A stretch of DNA of 64,000 bases from Candidatus Onstottus frigus. Its GTDB lineage: Bacteria > Acidobacteriota > Blastocatellia > UBA7656. Location: assembly GCA_038040445.1 (NCBI GenBank), contig JBBPIG010000014.1:79210-143209 (forward strand). Reading direction: 5' to 3'. This document shows positions 1-9,081 of this stretch, piece after piece. The notes below the pieces were generated by a model, which was given only the letters and a program-made list of their open reading frames with translations, was not told the origin of the DNA and ran no database searches. Made by a program: the position numbers and the translations under genes. Every line of letters starts with the position of its first letter. Positions within the stretch are counted from its first letter, which is position 1.

Positions 1-348
1 GTCTATTTGAGTCTCGTTCGAGGCAGCGACAAAGAAGACCAACCCTTCCTGAATGGGTTCTGTCTGAAAAGCGCCAACCTGGCCGAAGCCGACCTGAGCA
101 ATTGCACTTTCCAAAAGGTGGATTTTAGCGATGCTCTCCTGTCGCGAGCTTCGTTTCGGGGGAGCAGTCTTGGCGGGTGCACCTTCTTCGGCGCCACAAT
201 TGATGGAGCCGATTTCACGGACGCAGACTTGACCGGCGCCGATCTGGTCGGGGTTGAGAAGCCGAATCTACCTCCGGTATTTGCGAACTCCAAGGGTGTG
301 GACCGCGCCAGAATGACGGCGCGCGAAAAAAGCTACCTCTTCCCATAA
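1..348 (+). CDS. pentapeptide-repeat protein, C-terminal fragment (gene continues upstream of window)
   Basis: Frame 1 is open from base 1. Translation shows tandem pentapeptide repeats (ANLAEADLSNCTFQKVDFSDALLSRASFRGSSLGGCTFFGATIDGADFTDADLTGADLVG). Stop at 346-348, 12 nt before the next ORF. Confidence 0.7.
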   Translation, partial: VYLSLVRGSDKEDQPFLNGFCLKSANLAEADLSNCTFQKVDFSDALLSRASFRGSSLGGCTFFGATIDGADFTDADLTGADLVGVEKPNLPPVFANSKGVDRARMTAREKSYLFP

Positions 349-360
349 CAGGAGTGCTCG

Positions 361-1938
361 ATGTGGCAGGCTGACGTTCAAAGAAACGTCGAGGACTGGG
401 CCCAGCTTTACAGCTCGTGGGAAGGGTCGGGTCCGGCGCAGGTTGTTTGCCTTCTCGATCCGCCGCGAAATGCGCTCCCGCCTCATTCCTATCAAGAAGC
501 ACAGCGAAACATGTACAACGTCTTCGACAGGCTTCCGGGCAAGGAAAGCCTCGTCGTGGGCTTGCAGGAAGATTTCATGAAAGAGCTCCGAACTGCCGCT
601 GGGCTTTCGGACAACTACCTGGATAACGGCGGGTTGGGAATCGTCTATGCCCTGTCGCGAGCGAAGCCTCCCCCGGACGCGGTCGGCCTGGAAACCGCCG
701 GCTTCGTCGAGGAATACAGGCGGGTCGAGAATCAAGCCATCGACTTCATGTCGCGTTCCGCTTCCTTCTTTCAGCTTGTGACTCGGGCATACGGCGAGGG
801 AAAGAAGAAATACTCACCCGAGCTTTTGTCCTTCTTGTCGCTGGTTGCTTCCTACAGGCGAGACCATTCGATAGGGCTGAATGCGTACGTCTCTCAGCTT
901 CTGAAGAAGGCGAGATCGCTGTCGATCAATCTCGGTGCGACGCGCTATAAGCCGCTCCTGGTTTTTGAATCCATCAGCCGCCTGGAATCGGAGGTCGCGA
1001 AAAGCAAGAACGAAAAGCTCAATGAGCTCGTCGAACCGCTCGCGCAAGCCATCTACGTCTTTTCCCAACCGGAAACCATCGACCGCCGCGCCGTATGGCA
1101 GCTTAAGCGCTATCTTCTTCAGGCTCCCACGGGGATGGCCACCACCAGGGAGCTGGATGAAATCACCGAAGCGGAGATCGAAAGAATCGAGCAGATGCTG
1201 CAGCAGGACACTCTCCCCGAGCCTCCCAGGAAGGTGGTCGAAAAGGCCTGTGAGCTCGTGAAAGAGCGATGCCTCACCGATGTGCTTCTCGTACGGCCGG
1301 GTGAAGATAAACAGGACCTTCTGGGTCAGCAGGGAGCCATGATAACGAATCTGCTCGAGCTGGCCGCGGTCCTCGGAATTGAACCTCGGACCTTTCCCTT
1401 GATAAGCAACTATGTGCACTACCTCTATTTCAATGAAAAGCTGAAGACGATCACTCATAACGCGCAAGGCAGAGCGTTAAGCGACTGCATGGCTCACCTC
1501 GAACGCGAGATTGCGCAACACCTCGCAAAAAGCACAGCCGAGCAGGCGCTGGTAGAAATGGATCCCGCGATTGAGTTCATGGAAGCGATGGGCCGGTATC
1601 ATATCCTCCACGGAGAGGAATGGAAAAAAGTCGTCATCGGTTTTAGCGCTTCCGAGATTTGCGGAAGTCTATCCGATCTGGGGGTTGCGCTGCCGACCTC
1701 GTGGGAAACAAGAGCGGAGGAGTCGGATCGAGAGTTCGCGTCGGTTCGCGATTTCTTTGATCTCTCGGTATTGCGGGGAAAAGATCTGGCCGGCTCGCTT
1801 TGTGCGGCGATGGCGGGACGAAACCTGGGACGAGGCGTGCTCTATTGCGATGCTTACCTGCACGACAACCTGGCGCGATGGTTTCAGTCCCACGATGTGT
1901 CTTACACATTTCTGTTTCCCAGGTTCAGCGTCGGTTAA
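361..1938 (+). CDS. hypothetical protein (525 aa), paralogue of the 3866..5581 product
   Basis: ATG 12 nt after the upstream stop; long ORF. Shares blocks with the 3866..5581 product: LELAAVLGIEPRTFPLISNYVHYLYFNEKL vs LRELMDSLGIDCPETSHLGKYIRYIVLAEQF, and VLYCDAYLHDNLARWFQS vs ALVCGRFHLYEMTRALRS. No family recognised. Confidence 0.6.
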   Translation: MWQADVQRNVEDWAQLYSSWEGSGPAQVVCLLDPPRNALPPHSYQEAQRNMYNVFDRLPGKESLVVGLQEDFMKELRTAAGLSDNYLDNGGLGIVYALSRAKPPPDAVGLETAGFVEEYRRVENQAIDFMSRSASFFQLVTRAYGEGKKKYSPELLSFLSLVASYRRDHSIGLNAYVSQLLKKARSLSINLGATRYKPLLVFESISRLESEVAKSKNEKLNELVEPLAQAIYVFSQPETIDRRAVWQLKRYLLQAPTGMATTRELDEITEAEIERIEQMLQQDTLPEPPRKVVEKACELVKERCLTDVLLVRPGEDKQDLLGQQGAMITNLLELAAVLGIEPRTFPLISNYVHYLYFNEKLKTITHNAQGRALSDCMAHLEREIAQHLAKSTAEQALVEMDPAIEFMEAMGRYHILHGEEWKKVVIGFSASEICGSLSDLGVALPTSWETRAEESDREFASVRDFFDLSVLRGKDLAGSLCAAMAGRNLGRGVLYCDAYLHDNLARWFQSHDVSYTFLFPRFSVG

Positions 1939-1948
1939 GGAGCGGGGG

Positions 1949-3853
1949 ATGAATCCGGCCACGGTAACAGTCAAAAAGCGCTGCGAGTGGAATCGCTACT
2001 GTTCCTCGATTGCGCCTTTTTTTCCCGAGCGCTTGTTGGAGATCGGAACGAACCGCCCGCTTTTGGTAGGCCGCTGTTACCATTGCGAAGGTTTCGTCTG
2101 CAACCGCTGTGCTTCGCGCCGGCCTCACGAGACGGGACCCGGGACTTGCGCTTTCGATCCGTGGGAGTTGCTTTGCCCGCTTGAGGGCCAAACGCTCGGG
2201 CGGGGCGACGATTGGATCATCTTTGGCGGCGCCGCGGAGTCGATCTGCCGTTCCACCGGTCCCCCAAACGACCAACTGGTAAGCGAGGCTTTTTCTCGCG
2301 GCGTCGTCTGGAGAGATGACTCTCCGGAAGCCATAACGATTCTGCAATTGCTCGAGCAAGCGTTCGGTGCTTACGCGGCAGACCAGCGCCAGGCGGCCCT
2401 CGACATCAGCTCGAACCTTCTTGGATTATTACCGAACCACGTCAATGCGTTGTTGATGCGGCGCTGGGCTCTGGAAAAGCTCCACCGATTTGATGAAGCC
2501 TGGGAAACGTTGCGTACGTTTCTGCAGTCAAGTCAGGACCGCCTCACGCGAGGGCTCGGTGAGTTGAACGCTCTCAACTCAGTGGACAGTCAAACCAGAA
2601 ACACTTTTTCGACTGAGATTCTCTCCGCGCTCAGGACAGCCGCCCCGGCGGGTAAAGATAGGCTTGTGCGGGATGCGCTCTCCAAGCTCATAGCGGAAAT
2701 CGCGCCGGACCTAGCGCCATCTGTAAGCGGTCCAGCCGAAGCCGAGACCAGGGCTCCGGCGCAAAGGCCGGCTCCTCGGCCCCAAACTCCCGAGCCAGGC
2801 GCTGTGTCGTGTCACCGGTCTCCGAATCTCGAGGGTTCGCCGATGCGTGAGCTGGTCACCTCGATCCCGCCTGATACGCTGAAACAAATCTTGAGCGGAT
2901 TGCCGCAAGACTCCTGGCATAAGGAACATTGGACGCAGTTTGTCATTCAATGCCGAAACGCCGGAGGGCTGAAATCCCTCGACGCCGATTCGTTCGCCGG
3001 TCGCGTCTGGAAACTTCCACGAGGTCCGGAGCTGACGGCTTATTCTCTTTCCGCCCAGATGCTGGTTGAGATGGGACAAGCGGTCGCTGAAAAAGCGGAC
3101 CTTGACCTGACGGGCTTGTTCGATCTGTATGCCGGCGAGTGCTTCCTTCGTCCGACGCGGATTCGCGCCTGCTTTGGTGAATCCGAAGACGCATTTCTGG
3201 CGGGGGGACTCGCGGCCTTAGAGAGCCTCAAGACAGGCGCCTCACTTAGTGTAGATGAGCTCGCCCGCCTGCTGAATGAAACCGTACCCGGGCACGCGCC
3301 GCTCGAAGAGTGGGCCGGGGCACTGAGAGAATACATATGGGCGTGCCCGATGCTGATCGAGTCCGGCCAAGAACTGGGCTTTGGTCATAAGTCCTTCGAG
3401 GAATACTTTCTTGCAAGACATTTGTTCAGACGTCTGTTTGACGACGAGAAGCCCGACTTCAAGCTCGCCGGTTCGAGGTGTCTCGATCTGAATACGGCCA
3501 TCTTTCTGGGCGAGCTCGTAATGCACTCCGACAAGCACTCGATGCTGCTGGAAGAGTGGCTGCGGATGAAGCGCCAGAGACGCAGTCTTTTTCGCGGCGC
3601 GGATGTGCCGACTTTCGTCAGAAATCTCGCGCTCGTTCGGTTGATGATCAAGAACGACGCGAGATCGCTAGATCTAACCGACGCCGATTTCAGCGACCTG
3701 GATTTGAATCACGCGGACTTCAGCAATTCGATCCTCGCCGGCGCCAACTTTCGAAACACAGATCTCCGCGGAGCCAGGTTCCTGGGCTGCGACCTGACCG
3801 GCGCAACATTCGACGGAAGCGATTTGACCGGCGCCCAACTTGACCCCGCGTGA
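1949..3853 (+). CDS. multidomain protein (634 aa): N-terminal Cys cluster, helical/TPR-like region, Pro-rich linker, STAND-type winged-helix-like motif, C-terminal pentapeptide repeats
   Basis: ATG at 1949 follows taaggagcggggg (SD) and lies 10 nt after the upstream stop; the ORF-track start at 1571 would overlap the previous gene. Motifs: CEWNRYC...CYHCEGFVCNRC; GFGHKSFEEYFLARHLF; LDLTDADFSDLDLNHADFSNSILAGANFRNTDLRGARFLGCDLTGATFDGSDLTGAQL. Confidence 0.65.
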   Translation: MNPATVTVKKRCEWNRYCSSIAPFFPERLLEIGTNRPLLVGRCYHCEGFVCNRCASRRPHETGPGTCAFDPWELLCPLEGQTLGRGDDWIIFGGAAESICRSTGPPNDQLVSEAFSRGVVWRDDSPEAITILQLLEQAFGAYAADQRQAALDISSNLLGLLPNHVNALLMRRWALEKLHRFDEAWETLRTFLQSSQDRLTRGLGELNALNSVDSQTRNTFSTEILSALRTAAPAGKDRLVRDALSKLIAEIAPDLAPSVSGPAEAETRAPAQRPAPRPQTPEPGAVSCHRSPNLEGSPMRELVTSIPPDTLKQILSGLPQDSWHKEHWTQFVIQCRNAGGLKSLDADSFAGRVWKLPRGPELTAYSLSAQMLVEMGQAVAEKADLDLTGLFDLYAGECFLRPTRIRACFGESEDAFLAGGLAALESLKTGASLSVDELARLLNETVPGHAPLEEWAGALREYIWACPMLIESGQELGFGHKSFEEYFLARHLFRRLFDDEKPDFKLAGSRCLDLNTAIFLGELVMHSDKHSMLLEEWLRMKRQRRSLFRGADVPTFVRNLALVRLMIKNDARSLDLTDADFSDLDLNHADFSNSILAGANFRNTDLRGARFLGCDLTGATFDGSDLTGAQLDPA

Positions 3854-3865
3854 CAGGAGACTCTT

Positions 3866-5581
3866 ATGGCCCCTTCAATCACCAAAACAGACCTCGAAGC
3901 AATGCTCGACCCGCGTTACGCCAAAATCATTTCCGAATCTTTTCCCAAAAACGCCAGCGGTGCGCTGATCGTTTTTGGCCACGAATACAGAGCCCCCGAG
4001 CAGCAGGAGAATCTGTATCTGGAGCTTGAACATCTCGTTCAGCGCGACCCGGCAATGCCCATATTCCTGGAGGGATTCTACGGCCCGAGATCAGCCTGGC
4101 CGGGTTCGCAAGCTGAAGAAGGACCCAAACCCACCGGCATGCGAAAGCTGTTTCAACGATTCTCCAAACCCGCGGAAAAACCGGACCCACGAAACGACCC
4201 GAGCTGGAGAGTAAGCCGAGCCCGCCAGCTTCTCAATCAAAAGGGCACGCTCGCCTCCGAGGTCCTGCCTCAAGTTCTCCCCGAGTACGCGGCGCTTTTC
4301 GGAGCCGAGGAGATGAGCCTTCTGGAGGAACAACAGTCAAAGCTCAAAGCGATCGACGCGCGGATTCAGGCCTCACTCGCGGGCCGCATCAAGATGCCAA
4401 CCGGTACGTTCTTCGTCAGCACCTTCACCAGCATCTTCTATCCTCTCGTCGAAAGACTCGAGGGCCGGCTCAACGATCAACTGAAACAACTGATCGATCT
4501 GCGCAATCAGTTTTCCCGCGACGCGCGGCCGTCAGGCTATGCGTCGTCGCTGGCTGAGCTTGCAAAAAGCGAAGAGATCGACCTGGACGGCTACCCGGCG
4601 ATCCAGTCGTTGACCGACGCGTTGGAGATGGAGCGATCGCTTGATTTCGACGCAGTCGAAGAGGAACGGATGGAGCTGGTCCAGACACTCGCGCGGCGTT
4701 CGGACGAGCAGTTGGACTATGAACGCGCAACCGCGGTTCGGCGCTGGCTCGAATTCGCGCCTTCGCATGAAAAGGCGCTTGCGGAAGTATACGGCGAAGC
4801 GCCACAGGAAGACCTCGGCATGACGTGGCTCACAAGGCTGATAACCATCTCGCAGGCGTACAAGGACAAGAAATACTCTTACGCGCAGTACCACGTGAGG
4901 CTGAGGGAATTGATGGACAGCCTCGGCATTGATTGCCCGGAAACCTCCCACCTGGGGAAATACATTCGGTACATCGTCCTTGCTGAGCAGTTCGATGCCA
5001 ACGCGCTGGTTTCATCCGAGCTGTGGTCGCTTCACGATGAGCTCGCCGACATCTACACCACGTCGGCAACCGAGCGAGGGATCCTCAAGCTCGGCGCGGA
5101 GATCGAGAACCTGTATAAGTACGTTCTGCTGCGTCTCCCGGCTTCCCGCGTTCAATCGTTCCTTGCCGCCTCGCCGAGCGTAGGTCAATGGCTTGCAGAC
5201 GCATACCGGCTCGAGCAATCAATCGGAGCCGCATCGCCTCCGGACAAGAAAACAATGGCGCAGAATGCCGCGCCGTACATCGACGACGCTTTGCCGTTGA
5301 CCAGAGACTTCTACACTCTTGCAGCACGCCGGTCGGAGAAGCTTATTGAGAATGTGCTCAAATCGGACCTGGTGGGTATTCCGGTGGCGGCGCTGGTTTG
5401 CGGCAGGTTTCACCTGTATGAAATGACCCGCGCGCTGCGCAGCCAATCGAGGCTGGCTTGGGCGGTGATCGGCCCGATGCCCACGCGTTACTCGGAAGAG
5501 CGACAGCTTCAAACCTGGAACTGGATCTTTCCTACGCAGGAGAATTCGTTGGCGGAAACGTTCCCGGAGGATGATCGATAA
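3866..5581 (+). CDS. hypothetical protein (571 aa), possibly a distant Tiki/TraB/ChaN-like fold (speculative)
   Basis: ATG 12 nt after the upstream stop. N-terminal IVFGHEYRAPEQQENLYLELEHLV...PIFLEGFYGP and C-terminal LVCGRFHLYEM resemble the GxxH / E / GxxH motif order of the Tiki/TraB/ChaN superfamily. Paralogous to the 361..1938 product. Confidence 0.55.
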   Translation: MAPSITKTDLEAMLDPRYAKIISESFPKNASGALIVFGHEYRAPEQQENLYLELEHLVQRDPAMPIFLEGFYGPRSAWPGSQAEEGPKPTGMRKLFQRFSKPAEKPDPRNDPSWRVSRARQLLNQKGTLASEVLPQVLPEYAALFGAEEMSLLEEQQSKLKAIDARIQASLAGRIKMPTGTFFVSTFTSIFYPLVERLEGRLNDQLKQLIDLRNQFSRDARPSGYASSLAELAKSEEIDLDGYPAIQSLTDALEMERSLDFDAVEEERMELVQTLARRSDEQLDYERATAVRRWLEFAPSHEKALAEVYGEAPQEDLGMTWLTRLITISQAYKDKKYSYAQYHVRLRELMDSLGIDCPETSHLGKYIRYIVLAEQFDANALVSSELWSLHDELADIYTTSATERGILKLGAEIENLYKYVLLRLPASRVQSFLAASPSVGQWLADAYRLEQSIGAASPPDKKTMAQNAAPYIDDALPLTRDFYTLAARRSEKLIENVLKSDLVGIPVAALVCGRFHLYEMTRALRSQSRLAWAVIGPMPTRYSEERQLQTWNWIFPTQENSLAETFPEDDR

Positions 5582-5617
5582 CCATTGGGCTTCTCTCCGG
5601 CGTCTTTGGTTCAGATT

Positions 5618-6955
5618 TCAGTCGCCCGGTAACACTTCGCTTAACCGTTTGCACATCTCTGCCGCGTCGCGAACTACCTCGTGCTCATCCAGCGTCGTCA
5701 ATTCGCCTGCACGCATCAGCACACGGCCGTCGATGAGCACCGTTTCCACGTCGCTTGCTTGGGCGGCATACACCATCGCAGAAACCGGATCGGGATGAGG
5801 AGTCATATGCGGTCGATTCACCGAAACCAAGGTCAGATCAGCACGCTTGCCGGTTTCAATGCTGCCGATCTCGCTACCCAGACCCAGCGCGCGCGCGCCG
5901 TCGATCGTCGCCATTCTCAACACCCGAAGTGACGGCAAAGCCTCCGCTCCGTGAAGCGCCTTTTGAATGAGCGCCGCCGTGCGCATCTCGGTGAACATAT
6001 CCAGGCGGTTGTTGCACGGCGCGCCGTCCGCTCCAAGCGAGACCGAAATCCCCTGATCGAGCATCTCGAGAACAGGGGCGAAGCCGGAGCCGAGTTTCAG
6101 ATTTGACGATGGGCAGTGCGCGACATGAGTTCCGGTTTGCTTTAAGACTTTCATCTCGGCGGAGTTCAAATGAACGCAATGCGCGAGCATGACATTCGGC
6201 GCCGCCAGCCCGACATCGTTCAGATACTCGATGTTCCGGCGGCCAGTCTCGCGTTCGACCATTTCGATCTCATCTTTGTTCTCGGAGGCGTGAGTGTGGA
6301 CCATCACCCCGCGTTCTCGCGACAGTTGCGCAACGCGTTCGAGCAGCTTACGGGTGCAGCTTACGGCGAAGCGCGGAGCGAAGCAGTAACGTATTCGGCC
6401 ATCGGCGCGGCCGTGCCAGCGATCCAGGAGCGTCAGCGATTCCGCGATCGAAGCTTCAGTCTGTTCACGCAACGCTGCCGGAATGTCGTCGCCCTTGTCC
6501 ATCATGCACTTGCCTATGGTGGCGCGAAAACCGGACTCCTCGACTGCCGCGAAAACAGCGTCAGTGTGGCGGACAGTTTCCATCGTTAACGCGCAGGTGG
6601 TTCCGCCGCGAATCAACTCAGCTATCCCCAGCCGCGCGGATGCGTAAATAGACTCAACGGTGTGAGCGGCTTCCATCGGCCAGATTCGCTTCGTGAGCCA
6701 TTCGATCAGAGAAAGGTCATCGGCCGCGCCTCGAAACAGCGTCTGGCAGAGATGGATGTGAGTCTGGACAAACCCCGGCAACAACACGCAGCCGCGGCCA
6801 TCAATCACCTCGGCGGCTTTGTACCCGCCGGCAGTAAGGAAGCGGCCCAAAGCAACGATGCGGCCGTGCTCGACAAACACATCTCCGTCGAAGATGTTGT
6901 TCTCGCCGTCGAGTGTTATGACGGTAGCCCCTTTTATGAGCAATGAATCGTTCAT
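5618..6955 (-). CDS. amidohydrolase, MtaD/TrzA-like (5-methylthioadenosine/S-adenosylhomocysteine deaminase family)
   Basis: [17 protein letters not shown]...[30 protein letters not shown] is the typical N-terminus and HxH metal motif of this amidohydrolase subfamily. 445 aa. Confidence 0.8.
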   Translation of the reverse strand: MNDSLLIKGATVITLDGENNIFDGDVFVEHGRIVALGRFLTAGGYKAAEVIDGRGCVLLPGFVQTHIHLCQTLFRGAADDLSLIEWLTKRIWPMEAAHTVESIYASARLGIAELIRGGTTCALTMETVRHTDAVFAAVEESGFRATIGKCMMDKGDDIPAALREQTEASIAESLTLLDRWHGRADGRIRYCFAPRFAVSCTRKLLERVAQLSRERGVMVHTHASENKDEIEMVERETGRRNIEYLNDVGLAAPNVMLAHCVHLNSAEMKVLKQTGTHVAHCPSSNLKLGSGFAPVLEMLDQGISVSLGADGAPCNNRLDMFTEMRTAALIQKALHGAEALPSLRVLRMATIDGARALGLGSEIGSIETGKRADLTLVSVNRPHMTPHPDPVSAMVYAAQASDVETVLIDGRVLMRAGELTTLDEHEVVRDAAEMCKRLSEVLPGD

Positions 6956-7055
6956 TAGTATCGAGAATACTCGAGGCCGATTTTATCCCGCATCCGCGGC
7001 GCCAGGAACTGTTGCGCGCCCGTGAACAGCCTCAGCGTTGTCAGCTACGAGCTGG

Positions 7056-7460
7056 TCATTGCGCTATCGGGCACGCTTGAATGGCGACGAGTTGCCATCG
7101 GCCGTCCCGCTCGGCATAGACGTGAATCGTTCGATAGTATCCTTCGATGACGTGGCCGTTGTATATCCACTTCGCAGTATCGACGGCCGTCAGCACAGCC
7201 GTTTGTCCGAAGATACGCACTTCAACGTTGTCGCGGGTCATAGACTCCATGGTGAGATCGCCGGACCCTACGTCCGCGATAAACTGGTCCGTGCCGTCGC
7301 CTTCAAGCGGATAGGTGAAGGTGCAGTCCGGAGCCATGATGCGCGCGAGCGTCGCAGTGTCGCGCTGGAGCAACGCGGCGACCCACTCGGTGTTCATTCG
7401 CCTAAGGTCGTGTTCGATCTTGCTATCGGTGGCCGCCATCGTCGGACTCCTTTTCGGCAA
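7056..7460 (-). CDS. NTF2-like / DUF4440-type (SnoaL-like) small protein
   Basis: 134 aa. The pattern WVAALLQRDTATLARIMAPDCTF...GRWQLVAIQA is typical of DUF4440/NTF2-fold proteins. Confidence 0.65.
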   Translation of the reverse strand: MPKRSPTMAATDSKIEHDLRRMNTEWVAALLQRDTATLARIMAPDCTFTYPLEGDGTDQFIADVGSGDLTMESMTRDNVEVRIFGQTAVLTAVDTAKWIYNGHVIEGYYRTIHVYAERDGRWQLVAIQACPIAQ

Positions 7461-7651
7461 AGTGTCGCCTGCGACGAACTTCCCCGCAACAACGGCGCGT
7501 CATCCGTTTGCTGGAAAGCCTCGCGCTGTCCGTATCCGTTCAGCGATTTTACTTATGCCAAAGGTAGATTGAAAGAGAAACGAGAGCCGAGAACGCTTGA
7601 GAAGCGGATGCCGTTTGGGGAGAAACCCTTCTTGTTGGAGTCGCGGCGGGT

Positions 7652-8881
7652 CTACATCGGCCACTTATTGTCGACAAACTGCAGGCACAGGCGCTCGAAG
7701 CCGTCAGTGCCAGTCCATTGGTTGCGCACCAATGCGATGCTATTAAAGCTGCGATTCGGGCTGGTGATTCTAACGAATTCAAACTCAGGCGGCGCGGCCC
7801 TGACGCATACTCGAGCGCCGCTCGGGCTGACGTTTTCGGTGACCGCTGCTTCACGCGCGACTCGTTGCATCGACCCATCGAGATATTCCACGGCGACGGG
7901 CTCGGTTCGTTCCTCACGCGGCTCTCTGCGACGATCGGCGCCGTTCCACTTCTGAGTCCGAAATGTCGCCCACGGCTTGTAAAGATAGTCGGTAGGCGGA
8001 TGGGCGCCGATAAACTCGAGTCCAACAACGCGAAAGCCATCGATGAGAGGCTCGACTCGACGCACGATCGCGTACATATTGTAGCCGGCCTCCGAAAAAC
8101 CATGGCTGCGCAGTTTGGTAGGCAACGGTAAGGTTATGTGGACGACCAGCCCGTGTTTGACGCGGCTGCGCATTCGAACCGCAACACCCATGCGGCTGAC
8201 ATCAATGGTCTTGCTTACCTCTTGCCATTTTCCGCCCGTGCCGTCGTAGCCGGCCACAAGCACCGGGACGGAGAGTTTGAAACGTTCACAGCGCCGTCGT
8301 TCGACGGGAGCCTCGGAAGCGTGCGCCTTGGTGAAAACCGGGCGCATCTCGGGCGAGACATTGATCTCCACGGCCTCGGCTTTCACTTTGGGAGTGCGAA
8401 CCGATTCGCCGTCTCCCGGTTGTGCCGCGCCGGCGCGTTTTTGAGTCTGCGCTTCGGCGGCGTTGAGCGGCAGTGTTGCATACGCGCGGGGACTGCGCTG
8501 CCCGTCGTATTGCGCGCGCTTGTCGGTGTTGGTCAGCACCGAGAATGCTTGCGACACTTTCTTAAATGCCTGATCGACCCTCACCAGCATCTCATCGGGC
8601 ACTGCGGCTCTGACTTTGTGGTAAGACGGATGAAGTACCGTGACCGCCTTCTGATAAGCCAGAATCACTTCTTCGTTGTTGGCCGAGCGTTCGAGGCCTA
8701 GTGTTTGATAGAGAGTGTTCGCGCCTTCGACTCGCTCGAGCAGGTATTCGATCTCGAGGTAGTAAGCACTAATCAGCTTGCCGGTGTTCAACGGCGCCGA
8801 CCGATGGATTAGTCCGCCGGAGTTGCTCATCCGCGTCTCAGATCGGTAAAAGTGAGTTTCTTCTGCGGGGGTAGAAGCCAA
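7652..8881 (-). CDS. J-domain protein with two C-terminal PilZ domains
   Basis: J-domain YQTLGLERSANNEEVILAYQKAVTVLHPSYHK...KRAQYDG (HPS replaces HPD). PilZ 1: RRCER...DVSRMG. PilZ 2: RREPR...NVSPSG. Start uncertain (TTG 8881 or ATG 8830). Confidence 0.75.
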   Translation of the reverse strand: MASTPAEETHFYRSETRMSNSGGLIHRSAPLNTGKLISAYYLEIEYLLERVEGANTLYQTLGLERSANNEEVILAYQKAVTVLHPSYHKVRAAVPDEMLVRVDQAFKKVSQAFSVLTNTDKRAQYDGQRSPRAYATLPLNAAEAQTQKRAGAAQPGDGESVRTPKVKAEAVEINVSPEMRPVFTKAHASEAPVERRRCERFKLSVPVLVAGYDGTGGKWQEVSKTIDVSRMGVAVRMRSRVKHGLVVHITLPLPTKLRSHGFSEAGYNMYAIVRRVEPLIDGFRVVGLEFIGAHPPTDYLYKPWATFRTQKWNGADRRREPREERTEPVAVEYLDGSMQRVAREAAVTENVSPSGARVCVRAAPPEFEFVRITSPNRSFNSIALVRNQWTGTDGFERLCLQFVDNKWPM

Positions 8882-8926
8882 GATTACTTGGAAGATGAAG
8901 CCATTATGAACGCATTGTCCTATTCG

Positions 8927-9070
8927 TCAACGGTTTTGTTGGGGCGAACGGAGTACGCTGCCCCGTGCGGGCACGCACACGGCGTCACTAATCCAGATCG
9001 TGCGCAGCCATAAGGTCAGAGAGTCTCTTCTAGGGAAATTAACTGTTACGACATCGCCTGGCTTGACCAT
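8927..9070 (-). pseudogene. possible truncated MazF/PemK-like toxin remnant (47 codons)
   Basis: ATG at 9070, 12 nt after the upstream DUF2281-like gene stop. MVKPGDVVTVNFP resembles MazF/PemK N-termini, but the rest diverges and stops after 47 aa. Confidence 0.25.
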
Positions 9071-9081
9071 TCCGCTTTGCA

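Noticed and set aside
1571-1948. N-terminal 126-codon extension of the 760-aa ORF in the track
   Set aside because: It overlaps the 3' end of the 361..1938 gene in another frame. An ATG at 1949 with a taaggag-type SD, 10 nt after that gene's stop, is a far better start.
7038-7955. 305-aa plus-strand ORF
   Set aside because: It is antisense to the DUF4440 gene and the J-domain/PilZ gene. Its Arg/Ser/Leu-rich composition is typical of shadow ORFs in high-GC DNA, and it has no motif.
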